From a virus, in UHGV virus genome UHGV-0115523: a DNA stretch of 25,861 nucleotides. One strand, given 5' to 3'. The notes beneath the pieces were generated by a model. That model had not been told where the DNA came from. It did not search any database and worked only from the letters and a program-made list of their open reading frames with translations. The translations under genes were made by a program, and so were the position numbers. Of this stretch, positions 16,208 through 24,830 are shown piece after piece (within the stretch, counting starts at the first letter, position 1; the number at the start of each line of letters is the position of its first letter).

Positions 16208-16223
16208 CTGTCTATATTTACAG
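16208..16223 (-). promoter_or_regulatory. LexA (SOS) box CTGT-N8-ACAG
   Basis: actgtctatatttacagta is near-consensus to TACTGTATATATATACAGTA; an adjacent half-site tactgtatat lies at 16191-16200. Confidence 0.65.
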
Positions 16224-16317
16224 TATATAATAATCTTACTGATGTAAAACGTTTTTTTACGTTCATCAGCCTGAAATGCCTGGTATTATTAAGAGCACGA
16301 ATTGTTAACCCGCGTAA

Positions 16318-18732
16318 TTAATACAGGTTCCGCCACTTATCATCTTCCTGCAAACGCTGGTTCCGATAGAAGATACGCAGGCCTGCTCCTGACGGAATAC
16401 TGCCGCCGCGAAGGAGTAAATCGACCTCTTTCTCGCTGCCATCAAATCCTCTGGACTTCAGTTCATAGACGAGCTGCTGTCGCTGATGGTCTGTAATTCG
16501 CTGTTTGTAGTCTTTACGCCGTTTCGGTTTCACCAGGCGTAACCTTGCAGCCAGTTCCCGGCGCTCTTTTTTGCTCATACTGTGCAGGTATTCGTGCAAC
16601 TCCTTGTCATCCATGCGGGTAATGTCCGTTCTGGTATCCCCATCAGCTGATTTGTCTTCCCCTTGTTGGTTCAAATTTTCAGCAAGGGGACAGTTATTGC
16701 CACGAGTCCAAGGGGCGCAAGCGCCCTGGTCGGCTGCCGCCTCCTGAACGTCAACGGCTTTACGAACCATTTTCCACTTCACTGCATGAGTGCAGATCTT
16801 GCCCTCTGCAATGGGTGACCAGATGCCATAAATACGAATGCCGTGATCGCCATAGGCGGTCGGCTCTTCGTTGATTTCATAAGCGGTTCTGATGAGGTGA
16901 TATTTACGGGGAACCAGCACGCCGCCCTGCTTCATGATGTAGGTGGCAAAACAACCAGCATCAGCAGCAGCCAAGATGGCATCAAGGCGCGGGTTATCCA
17001 GTACCGGCGCACCTGCTTTTTTGTCCCCCTGTTGCCTTGACGCCTGACCAGCCAGCAATCGCAGTTCACGGTAAGCCTGACGCCCCGGAATGCCAAAGAA
17101 GCGGAATTGCTGAACACGATGCAAAGACGCCCAGGCGTTCACGTATTCAGCGTTATCACGCAGAGATTTACCCGTTACCTTGCTGATCTCGCCAGCCAGA
17201 CCACGCCCGTCAATGTTCTTACTGATGTATTTCGCTATGTAGCTTGTCGGCGTTCCTTTGCGCGGGTTAATCAGCTCAGACTTAAAGCGCGGCCCCGTGT
17301 TATTGCCCAGCTCCTCGCGGTCTTCACGGATAGCAAACTTACGCAACAATGCAGTAATGGCGCGGCGGTCTTTTTTGCGCATGAAACACAACAGGTGCCA
17401 GTGAACTGTGCCGTCGTGATGCGGCTCAGCCACCCGCACGCCATACCAGCGCAACCCGGCTTTGTGCATCGCCTTACGAAATGCAGCAAACATACCGACC
17501 AGATAATCGCTGCTTTGTCTTACCGTCGCATTTGTCCAGGTCGGGTTGGGCCTGCCGTTATTTAGCGTGGAATGGAAACGTGACGGACAGGTGATGGTGT
17601 AGAAAACGGCGCAGTCACCGCGCATTTCCGCGATAAGCTCCAGACCTTTAACACAGGCCATCATCTCATTGCGGCGATGCGCAGGGTTGCTGCTGCTGGC
17701 GTTTACCACATCCTCCATGTCCAGCGTGTCGCCGTCTTCGTTCACCAGTTCATGAGAACGGAAAAACTCCAGCGACTTACGGCGCTGCTCACGTTTATGC
17801 AACACGGCTTCATAGCTGACATAGGGAGATGCTTTTTTGCTGACAAGGCAGACAGCACGCAACTGCTCTTCCCGCCATTCGCAACGCATCTTCCATAATT
17901 TCCGATACCACCAATCGGCGCACAACATACGCGCCAGCGAACCCGGAATGAGTTCATAGGGCACGGGTTTACGGCGGTTTCTTTTCCGGCGGAGTTGCTC
18001 AAACGCAGGCGGGATGACATCCAGTCGCAGGGTTTCTGCTGCCACCTTTTCCCATGTCTTGCGGATTTCTTCTGGCTTAACATCATCGGTGGCGTACAAA
18101 TCACCACAAGCGGCATCAAGACACATACTCATATGCGCAGCGACAAGAGTAGACAGGCGTTTCACCTGATCCTGACTCATTTCAGGCAGGATCAGCAGGC
18201 CGTCCAGCCCTTCATGGCTTGCCATAAAGCGAAAAGAAGTGGATAGCTGACTGTCGCGTACATGCTCCAGTCGTTCCAGACATGGCTTAATCGTCTCACG
18301 CAAATAGCGGGAATAAGCCTTTGGCCTCCCCAGGCTGCTGAAGTATTCGATACGTTGCATCAGCGGCTTGCTGATGTGGGTGGGCTGGGCGCTGACGTCC
18401 GCCAGAATGACGATGTCCGGGTTAAAACGCTGCTGCTCATGCGCCAGCTTTGCCCGACTAATGAGCTTATCCTGCTCCATTTCGCGCTGGACAGGATCAC
18501 GGGATTCATTAAAGAAATAACGCTCCCAGACCTGTTCACTCAATTCCTCGCGGCGCAGCTGTTCCTGCTCGTTATCGGCAGCATACAGAGTGATCAGGTT
18601 TGAAAGCGCAGAAACCGGCGCAACTTCCGCCGGGTCCAGATAAGGGTTTATGGCCTTTTTCGGGCCGTTCCATGAAAATGCTGCAGCGGCCTCGTTAAAG
18701 CCGCTAGAGTCGCTCATATCGGCATGACTCAT
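16318..18732 (-). CDS. A: Replication initiation endonuclease (P2 gpA-like, rolling-circle initiator)
   Basis: 804 aa; position upstream of cos and downstream of the early genes as in P2/186. Confidence 0.8.
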   Translation of the reverse strand: MSHADMSDSSGFNEAAAAFSWNGPKKAINPYLDPAEVAPVSALSNLITLYAADNEQEQLRREELSEQVWERYFFNESRDPVQREMEQDKLISRAKLAHEQQRFNPDIVILADVSAQPTHISKPLMQRIEYFSSLGRPKAYSRYLRETIKPCLERLEHVRDSQLSTSFRFMASHEGLDGLLILPEMSQDQVKRLSTLVAAHMSMCLDAACGDLYATDDVKPEEIRKTWEKVAAETLRLDVIPPAFEQLRRKRNRRKPVPYELIPGSLARMLCADWWYRKLWKMRCEWREEQLRAVCLVSKKASPYVSYEAVLHKREQRRKSLEFFRSHELVNEDGDTLDMEDVVNASSSNPAHRRNEMMACVKGLELIAEMRGDCAVFYTITCPSRFHSTLNNGRPNPTWTNATVRQSSDYLVGMFAAFRKAMHKAGLRWYGVRVAEPHHDGTVHWHLLCFMRKKDRRAITALLRKFAIREDREELGNNTGPRFKSELINPRKGTPTSYIAKYISKNIDGRGLAGEISKVTGKSLRDNAEYVNAWASLHRVQQFRFFGIPGRQAYRELRLLAGQASRQQGDKKAGAPVLDNPRLDAILAAADAGCFATYIMKQGGVLVPRKYHLIRTAYEINEEPTAYGDHGIRIYGIWSPIAEGKICTHAVKWKMVRKAVDVQEAAADQGACAPWTRGNNCPLAENLNQQGEDKSADGDTRTDITRMDDKELHEYLHSMSKKERRELAARLRLVKPKRRKDYKQRITDHQRQQLVYELKSRGFDGSEKEVDLLLRGGSIPSGAGLRIFYRNQRLQEDDKWRNLY

Positions 18733-19586
18733 ACACGCACCTCGTACACAGCAGAACTATCCACGCCACGCGAAGGATCAAATCCCATCCAGCAGCGCGC
18801 CCCGGAAACAGCAATGATTTCTGTTGCAGATTTACTCTCGCCAGCCGACACGCCGATGCTGCGTTTTGCCTTGATGTAGTGGTGAGTGAAATTGCGATAC
18901 AGCGAACGAATCAGGGATGTGTCACTGTTAGAAACAATGACCGGATGACCTTCAGATGATCGATGTTCAAGAACGGATGCCAGGTGATACTGGTCATCTT
19001 CAGTGAAACCATCAGTGTGATAGCCGGAAAACGTACCGTCATAAGGCGGATCGCAATACACCACATCCCCCGCCTTCAACATCGCCAGCGTTTCATCAAA
19101 GCTGGCGCAGATAAACGTTGCCCGCGGGGCTTTCTCTGCAAATGCGCGAATTTCTTTTTCAGGGAAATACGGATTTTTATAATTACCGTAGGGAATGTTG
19201 AAATGCCCGCTCTTGTTATAGCGACATAAACCACGGTAACCGTGACGATTGAGATACAGGAAATATATCGCCTTCATGAAATCAGTAATTTCAGTTGAGT
19301 AATTAAACTCCTGTCTTATGTTGTAATAAGCCAGCTCACTGTTTGCTTCCTCAAATAAAACTCTGGCACGAGATATAAACGCTTCGCAATCAGCGGCAAT
19401 CTTTTTATAGAGGTTGATTAAATCAGGATTAATATCCGCAACCAGATAGCTGGGGTAATCCGTCGCCATCATCACAGCACAAGAACCCGCGAAAGGTTCA
19501 ACCAGTCGCGGGCCAGCAGGAAGGTATTTTTTCAGTTCGGACATAATGGCGGTTTTATTACCCGCCCATTTCAGGATGGTGCTCAT
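18729..19586 (-). CDS. dam: DNA adenine methyltransferase (Dam family); start trimmed to [11 protein letters not shown]
   Basis: N-terminal AdoMet-binding region FAGSCAV and catalytic DPPY motif; ATGA overlap with the upstream gene. Confidence 0.8.
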   Translation of the reverse strand: MSTILKWAGNKTAIMSELKKYLPAGPRLVEPFAGSCAVMMATDYPSYLVADINPDLINLYKKIAADCEAFISRARVLFEEANSELAYYNIRQEFNYSTEITDFMKAIYFLYLNRHGYRGLCRYNKSGHFNIPYGNYKNPYFPEKEIRAFAEKAPRATFICASFDETLAMLKAGDVVYCDPPYDGTFSGYHTDGFTEDDQYHLASVLEHRSSEGHPVIVSNSDTSLIRSLYRNFTHHYIKAKRSIGVSAGESKSATEIIAVSGARCWMGFDPSRGVDSSAVYEVRV

Positions 19587-19885
19587 ACAGCACCTCCTGC
19601 AATAACATATCCTAAAGCTTCTAATGGGGTTAATGGGCGAAATGATAGCATCACCCATTGTTCTGAAACTGCCATGACGTCATTAACAGGAAGCACATGA
19701 GAGATAACAGCGGCCCATTCCTTACCCGTAAATACGCCATGCTTCCATTCACAAAGAGAAAGAACATCACCAACTTTATAGCCACGATCGTCTTTACGAA
19801 GTTCAGCCGTCTTTTGACCTGCAACCACAGCGTTGAAATACTTAGGTGCAATTTTTAATTGATGGATACGCACTGCCCTTGTCAT
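19583..19885 (-). CDS. Small ASCH/PUA-like (DUF3850-like) protein; start trimmed to MTRAVRIH
   Basis: About 100 aa; pattern resembles DUF3850 proteins common in P2-like early regions; ATGA overlap with the TraR-like gene. Confidence 0.45.
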   Translation of the reverse strand: MTRAVRIHQLKIAPKYFNAVVAGQKTAELRKDDRGYKVGDVLSLCEWKHGVFTGKEWAAVISHVLPVNDVMAVSEQWVMLSFRPLTPLEALGYVIAGGAV

Positions 19886-20109
19886 ACAGCACCTCCGTTG
19901 TAATGTTTGCCTTTCAGTTCTGCGATTTCCTGGCAGGTAATGCAAAGCTGCACACCCGGAATGGCACGGCGTCGTGCTGGCGGAATTGGCGCTTCACATT
20001 CAATACAAAGCACGCGAGACACGCCCGGTGTTTTGGCACGGGCAGCACGAATATGGCGCTGGAGTTCTTCTTCAACGCGCTGCTGTACGAGATCCATTGC
20101 ATCAGCCAT
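19882..20109 (-). CDS. TraR/DksA-family C4 zinc-finger protein
   Basis: [25 protein letters not shown] gives a CxxC-N17-CxxC finger near the C-terminus. Confidence 0.6.
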   Translation of the reverse strand: MADAMDLVQQRVEEELQRHIRAARAKTPGVSRVLCIECEAPIPPARRRAIPGVQLCITCQEIAELKGKHYNGGAV

Positions 20110-20348
20110 TAGTGGATCTCCTGCGCTTCGTTCTGGATTGCTTCAGCAGTTACACGCAACAGTTCTGCCGCTTCGACGTGGTTTAGTTGGCGGGATGTGA
20201 TATGACACGCCAGGCTATCAAGGCGAGCTGCCATTGCTTCAGCCCTTGCCCGGCGTTCTTCCAGACGGGCCTCTGTCAGTAAAATATTAAGCCCTGCATC
20301 ATCCGGTCCGGTTTTAGTCGTGAGGGTTTCAATATTATGCATAATCAA
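20109..20348 (-). CDS. Hypothetical early protein (79 aa)
   Basis: ORF in the early operon; no motif recognised. Confidence 0.4.
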   Translation of the reverse strand: MIMHNIETLTTKTGPDDAGLNILLTEARLEERRARAEAMAARLDSLACHITSRQLNHVEAAELLRVTAEAIQNEAQEIH

Positions 20349-20409
20349 TTCTCCTGAATTTAGATAAAGGGATGCCCGGCGGGTTTACGCCATTAATTTC
20401 ATTAGTTGG

Positions 20410-20751
20410 TTAATTCGGCATGGTTAACCGTCTGGGAAATAAGCTCACCACTGCACGAAAATGATTCATTGCTTTAATCAACTCCCGCTTTTCGTCAGTG
20501 GTCAGCTCATTAATGCTGATGCTATGACGTTCAGCTGGAATTTTTGCCATAAAGAATATGGCAGCCAGTGCCCGTTTATTTTGTTCGCTATTAATATCCC
20601 GTGGATCACGCATATCTTTAATAAACCGCTCAAGCTCTGACTCAATATTAAGGCCAAAAACTTTCGCCCTTAACTCCGCGATATGATTAAGTCCATTCAG
20701 GCGTTCACCGGGGCTTAATGGAACAGTTGCTGCAGCGCCATTAATTGCCAT
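20410..20751 (-). CDS. Hypothetical early protein (113 aa)
   Basis: ORF in the early operon; no motif recognised. Confidence 0.4.
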   Translation of the reverse strand: MAINGAAATVPLSPGERLNGLNHIAELRAKVFGLNIESELERFIKDMRDPRDINSEQNKRALAAIFFMAKIPAERHSISINELTTDEKRELIKAMNHFRAVVSLFPRRLTMPN

Positions 20752-20773
20752 ACTTCATATCCCCCAAACGCAG

Positions 20774-20998
20774 CTATCGTTCTTTGTTCTTACGGTAACG
20801 TTCAAGAGGAGATACATTTTTTCGTATCGTCTCTTTAACCTGCTCTCCCCGTAAAAACGTCCCATCCTTTAACGTGAAAAAGTAACTGCCATCGCCCGAC
20901 AATGACGGATAGCAACAGAGCAAATCATCTTCAGGTACTGAATAACTCTCCCCTCTGTAACGAAACTGATAAACCACTTCACTTTCTGCCGCATACAT
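20774..20998 (-). CDS. Hypothetical early protein (74 aa)
   Basis: GGAGAAAG RBS 6 nt upstream of the ATG at 20996-20998. Confidence 0.4.
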   Translation of the reverse strand: MYAAESEVVYQFRYRGESYSVPEDDLLCCYPSLSGDGSYFFTLKDGTFLRGEQVKETIRKNVSPLERYRKNKER

Positions 20999-21195
20999 TT
21001 GGACTTTCTCCGTTTCCTCGTGGTCAATTCAGACAGCAATTCATCTTGTGAATGACATGGATGCCAGCGTTTTCCATCCTCACCCGTGATCCAGCCGTGA
21101 CCGTAGTGCATTGCCGGGCTTTGTTTTACCAGCAGCGATGCAAATGATGGTTCTTTCGTCAGCATAAGCACCTCACAGCAAACCAAATGAAGCAC
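20869..21195 (-). CDS. Hypothetical ORF overlapping the 74-aa gene in another frame (uncertain)
   Basis: 108-aa ORF whose 3' 130 nt overlap the neighbouring gene; could be a real overlapping gene, a frameshifted gene, or spurious. Confidence 0.25.
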   Translation of the reverse strand: MLHLVCCEVLMLTKEPSFASLLVKQSPAMHYGHGWITGEDGKRWHPCHSQDELLSELTTRKRRKSKCMRQKVKWFISFVTEGRVIQYLKMICSVAIRHCRAMAVTFSR

Positions 21196-21682
21196 CGAGG
21201 CCAGTCACGGTATCAACTGCACTCGCCATCGCAGGGTTAGCCTGTAAACGGGCCTGCAATGAAACAGCGGCCAACGCCATCAGTCGTGTTACAGAGTTAA
21301 TGCTGCTGATAGCTTCGCGACGGCCTGCACTGGTTTTTACATCGCCAGATACCGCACCTGCAGCAACACGCCCGATCTCTGCGGTTGCACTCATGACGTA
21401 ATGTGGCAGTTTCTCTTTTGCCACCTCATTAATCGGTACACATGGCAGACAATGAATCTGTGCCAGAAAACCGTCTACCAGCGTTGAATCTTCAGTCAGA
21501 TCGGTAAGTAGCCAGATATCTGGTGCGGTTAATAAATGAGGTTGAGCTGGGTTCAGCTTGTTCCGCAGAATCTGCACATTCATGCCTGCACGTTCTGCCA
21601 GTTGCACCAGGTTGTGGCGCAGTGCGAATACTCGACAGGCTTCATCAAAATGTGGATGTTTGGAAACTTGGTAATCAAACAT
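21173..21682 (-). CDS. cII: CII-like transcriptional activator of lysogeny establishment (186 CII family)
   Basis: 169 aa, the same length as 186 CII; N-terminus [45 protein letters not shown] and C-terminus ...[21 protein letters not shown] match my recollection of 186 CII; position after apl. Confidence 0.7.
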   Translation of the reverse strand: MFDYQVSKHPHFDEACRVFALRHNLVQLAERAGMNVQILRNKLNPAQPHLLTAPDIWLLTDLTEDSTLVDGFLAQIHCLPCVPINEVAKEKLPHYVMSATAEIGRVAAGAVSGDVKTSAGRREAISSINSVTRLMALAAVSLQARLQANPAMASAVDTVTGLGASFGLL

Positions 21683-21714
21683 AGTCGATACCCCTGATGT
21701 ATCCCAAAATGGAA

Positions 21715-21936
21715 CTAGTTAATACTCAAATTGCATTCAGAGAGCGCATCAACGGTCATTGCTGCGATATTGATCATTACCTTTTCTCGCTTTTTATCTT
21801 TACGGAGACGATGGCGAATAAGGCGTCCATCAGCCAGCATGTCATTGATAGTATCGATAGATAACCCAGTCAGTTCACTGTATTTCTCAATAGAAACAGA
21901 TGGGACAGCTAAGGTGATTGAAATATGTGGAGCCAT
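21715..21936 (-). CDS. apl: Apl/Cox-like excisionase-repressor (small HTH protein); start trimmed to MAPHISITL
   Basis: 73 aa; GAGGAA RBS; divergent from cI across a 125-bp switch region; position as 186 apl. Confidence 0.6.
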   Translation of the reverse strand: MAPHISITLAVPSVSIEKYSELTGLSIDTINDMLADGRLIRHRLRKDKKREKVMINIAAMTVDALSECNLSIN

Positions 21937-22061
21937 GATGCAAGATTCCTCGTTTAACAAGATGTGTGGTAACTGGTGATTAATCCTGTTCAGTTCACTT
22001 TCGCACACACTAATTCTTCATTTGAGAAGTGTCAACCAAAAATTACTCAAAGGCGTAATAA
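21937..22061. promoter_or_regulatory. Lysis/lysogeny switch region between apl and cI (promoters and operators not resolved)
   Basis: 125-bp intergenic region between divergent regulators with short inverted motifs (gtgtgg / cacacac). Confidence 0.4.
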
Positions 22062-22943
22062 ATGAATTTCAAAAACGGAGGACAAGCAGTCATAACGCGC
22101 ATGCTTGAAGCGTATGGATTCAAGACAAGGCAAGCTCTGTGCGAACAGTTCAACGTATCTGCAAGCACTATGGGCACGCGCTGGATGCGTGACGTATTTC
22201 CTGCTGACTGGGTAATTCAGTGTGCAATTGAAACGGGTGCATCTATCGAGTGGCTCTCATTCGGAAAAGGCGTACCATTCCCTCAGAGTACTGAGGCTCC
22301 GGTCATGTCAAAGGCAACTGCATCAAAGGTTCAGCACGTTTCTCAAGCCACCACCCTGAAGTCCCCAATTGGGAACGATCTGAATTTTGACTCAGGCGGA
22401 CGTGATGCAATAGACAGGCTAATGAAAGCGTATGGCTTTAAAACAAGACAAGAACTTGCCGACCATCTGAATGTATCTAAAAGCACTATGGCAAATAGAT
22501 ATTTGCGAGACACATTCCCGGCTGATTGGATCATAAAATGTTCGTTGGAAACAGGAAATTCTCTTTTATGGCTAGCCACTGGACAAGGCAGCGAGCACAA
22601 TGCTCTCACAACATCGGTAAAAGAACTGCCTAAATTTCATCTCAATGCAGGCAAAATGGTTGAGAGTGGCTCATATATTTTCGATTCGTCATTTTTACCC
22701 GCTAATCTTTCAGCACCAATTGTCGTTCAGGATGGTTTAGTGGCATACATCTGTGATCAGAAATTTTCTGATGTATTAGATGGATACTGGTTAATTAATA
22801 TTGATGGAACCTATTCCGTCAGACAAATTACTAGGCTACCTAAAGGTATGATAAATATCAGAAGTAAAGAAACTTACTTTGAATGTGCATTTTCTGATAT
22901 CGAGGTAGTTGCATGCATAAGAAGCACAATCATTTCGAATTAA
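22062..22943 (+). CDS. cI: CI immunity repressor (186 CI family) with a tandemly duplicated N-terminal DNA-binding domain
   Basis: Two copies of the 186-CI-type NTD signature (AYGFKTRQ...NVS.STM..R..RD.FPADW.I.C..ETG.S..WL..G.G) at residues ~9-70 and ~115-176; 293 aa versus about 192 aa for 186 CI. Confidence 0.7.
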   Translation: MNFKNGGQAVITRMLEAYGFKTRQALCEQFNVSASTMGTRWMRDVFPADWVIQCAIETGASIEWLSFGKGVPFPQSTEAPVMSKATASKVQHVSQATTLKSPIGNDLNFDSGGRDAIDRLMKAYGFKTRQELADHLNVSKSTMANRYLRDTFPADWIIKCSLETGNSLLWLATGQGSEHNALTTSVKELPKFHLNAGKMVESGSYIFDSSFLPANLSAPIVVQDGLVAYICDQKFSDVLDGYWLINIDGTYSVRQITRLPKGMINIRSKETYFECAFSDIEVVACIRSTIISN

Positions 22944-23023
22944 AGTGACATTCAACAAATGTCATTCTAATAGAAGTGATTATATTAAGCGAAAGATTTA
23001 AAAGGTGAAGAGAAGCAATAACA

Positions 23024-24226
23024 ATGAGTAAAACCAACTTTAAAACTGAACGCGGCATTATAACATTTTTTGATTTAGAAATGTTTGGCCTTTATAAAAT
23101 ACGACAAGGCAAATCGCCGGAATTAGTCGAAAAGAACTTATCCCATGTTCTGTGTAACTTACATAGCTGGATCTGTTCAAGAACAGTTGAACAATCTGTT
23201 CCATGGGGAAAGGATAATAATAGAAGAACAAAAGCATACTGTAAAAATATTTCATATGACAGTACGACAGGAGATTATCTATTTGTTATCTGGAAAACGC
23301 TTGGTGATAACTCTGGAAATATTCAAGGTATAGATGCTGAAAGTAAGATTGACGGCACTTCAGATAATGTTGTATCCGCCTCTGATACTCAAGGTGGCGG
23401 TAAATATATCTGGGGCGTACCTTGCTACTATTGGGTAATTCCAGAATATAACAAAATTGCATCCATACGATTCCCAAGTTCTAATACGGATACAGATCTT
23501 TTCTGTCATTATATTAAAGCATACGTTGACTTTAGGATGGAGCATCCTAATAAAAAAGTCATAGATATGACTCGTCCTCGTAATGACTCACCTGAAGACG
23601 TTCATTACAAACGTGTTCTTTTTTCTCAAGGTGATGATGAAAGTTTAGTTTTTAAAGTACAGACTAAACAAACAAGGATGATCACGAGTGGAGCAAACAT
23701 AGAAGAACTGTGTAAAAAAATCACTCACATTGTTTACCATGACGTAATAGAAACAAACATACCTGATACACGGGAAAAATGGCAGAAGTTATTTGATGCA
23801 GTTGGAGATGTTTTCTCAAGAAGCTCTCCTATTTTATCAAAAAAACATCGCGTTGAATTATTAGTCGAAGGAACGCCTACGCCTGAAGAGTTCACTAAAC
23901 TCATCGATGAATATATAGAAAACCACAATCCTATTTCAGAAGATACAGAAAACAACAATGAGAATGTAGGGAATGATCACGCACGCATCGGATTCAAAAT
24001 AAATGGGAAAAATGGTTCAACTACTTGGTTAGATGAATATGTTTATCGCCATGAAATTCACGTTGACCTTTCTAACAGAAACAAACATTACTCTTCTTCA
24101 TATTTAATGAGTGTGGTAAAAGCTCATAGAAATGATTTGGTGAATTGTTTTAAAAATGAAGATATAATAGAACAACCAGAAGCTGATAATGATACAGCAG
24201 TGCAGATTCATAAAATAGGTGCATAG
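23024..24226 (+). CDS. Hypothetical 400-aa protein (cargo; candidate sensor of a two-gene module)
   Basis: Long AT-rich ORF immediately downstream of cI on the same strand; no motif recognised. Confidence 0.55.
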   Translation: MSKTNFKTERGIITFFDLEMFGLYKIRQGKSPELVEKNLSHVLCNLHSWICSRTVEQSVPWGKDNNRRTKAYCKNISYDSTTGDYLFVIWKTLGDNSGNIQGIDAESKIDGTSDNVVSASDTQGGGKYIWGVPCYYWVIPEYNKIASIRFPSSNTDTDLFCHYIKAYVDFRMEHPNKKVIDMTRPRNDSPEDVHYKRVLFSQGDDESLVFKVQTKQTRMITSGANIEELCKKITHIVYHDVIETNIPDTREKWQKLFDAVGDVFSRSSPILSKKHRVELLVEGTPTPEEFTKLIDEYIENHNPISEDTENNNENVGNDHARIGFKINGKNGSTTWLDEYVYRHEIHVDLSNRNKHYSSSYLMSVVKAHRNDLVNCFKNEDIIEQPEADNDTAVQIHKIGA

Positions 24227-24227
24227 T

Positions 24228-24749
24228 ATGATTATAAAACCTAAAATTTTGCACATATGTTTTCTCCTAACAATTATAGCTATTGCTTATTTGTTCGGAG
24301 ACAAATATACGTATGCAGATATAAAAGATATTTTATCTACCTTGCAAAACATTTCTGCAATGATCTTCACTATTGCAGGTATTTGGCTTGCATATATTTA
24401 CCCTGCAGCTGTAAGTTCAATTGTAAAGCCATCAACAATAACTAGTATAAACTATCATAAGGAAACAGAAAAAGATATTGAGCGAATTACGCTGATAGTG
24501 AAAACCATTATAATTTCAGCTATTGTAATATTTTCTATTGTTATAATAAATTTAACGAAACCTATATTTTCAAATCTGGATTTCATTTCCTTGCATAAGC
24601 ACGTGTTCTGCAAGTTTGGATTTTTTATCACAGCGTTATTAGTATATCTACAAATAATAGCGTTATTTAGTATCATTGCTAGTAATATATTATTTCTTAA
24701 TGATATACATGATAAAAGAAATAAACGAGAGCTTGATAAATTAAGGTAA
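24228..24749 (+). CDS. Small integral membrane protein with four predicted TM helices (cargo; candidate membrane effector)
   Basis: Four hydrophobic stretches; ATG at 24228 with AGGTG RBS, one nt after the upstream stop; GTG at 24219 is the ORF-track alternative. Confidence 0.55.
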   Translation: MIIKPKILHICFLLTIIAIAYLFGDKYTYADIKDILSTLQNISAMIFTIAGIWLAYIYPAAVSSIVKPSTITSINYHKETEKDIERITLIVKTIIISAIVIFSIVIINLTKPIFSNLDFISLHKHVFCKFGFFITALLVYLQIIALFSIIASNILFLNDIHDKRNKRELDKLR

Positions 24750-24804
24750 TGTATGGATTTCACAAACCATACATTGACCACTGGTCAAACATACAGTTAA
24801 ATTT

Positions 24805-24830
24805 AGCCCTCTGACATGAGGGCTTTTTTA
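24805..24830 (+). terminator. Intrinsic terminator immediately upstream of the int start
   Basis: agccctc-tgacat-gagggct hairpin followed by TTTTTTA. Confidence 0.6.

Noticed and set aside
17107-17565. 152-aa plus-strand ORF (and other small ORFs) inside replication gene A
   Set aside because: Antisense to the 804-aa A gene; no support.
24455-24781. 108-aa minus-strand ORF overlapping the 4-TM membrane protein gene
   Set aside because: AT-rich antisense frame; the plus-strand membrane protein has translational coupling and an RBS; the minus ORF has neither.
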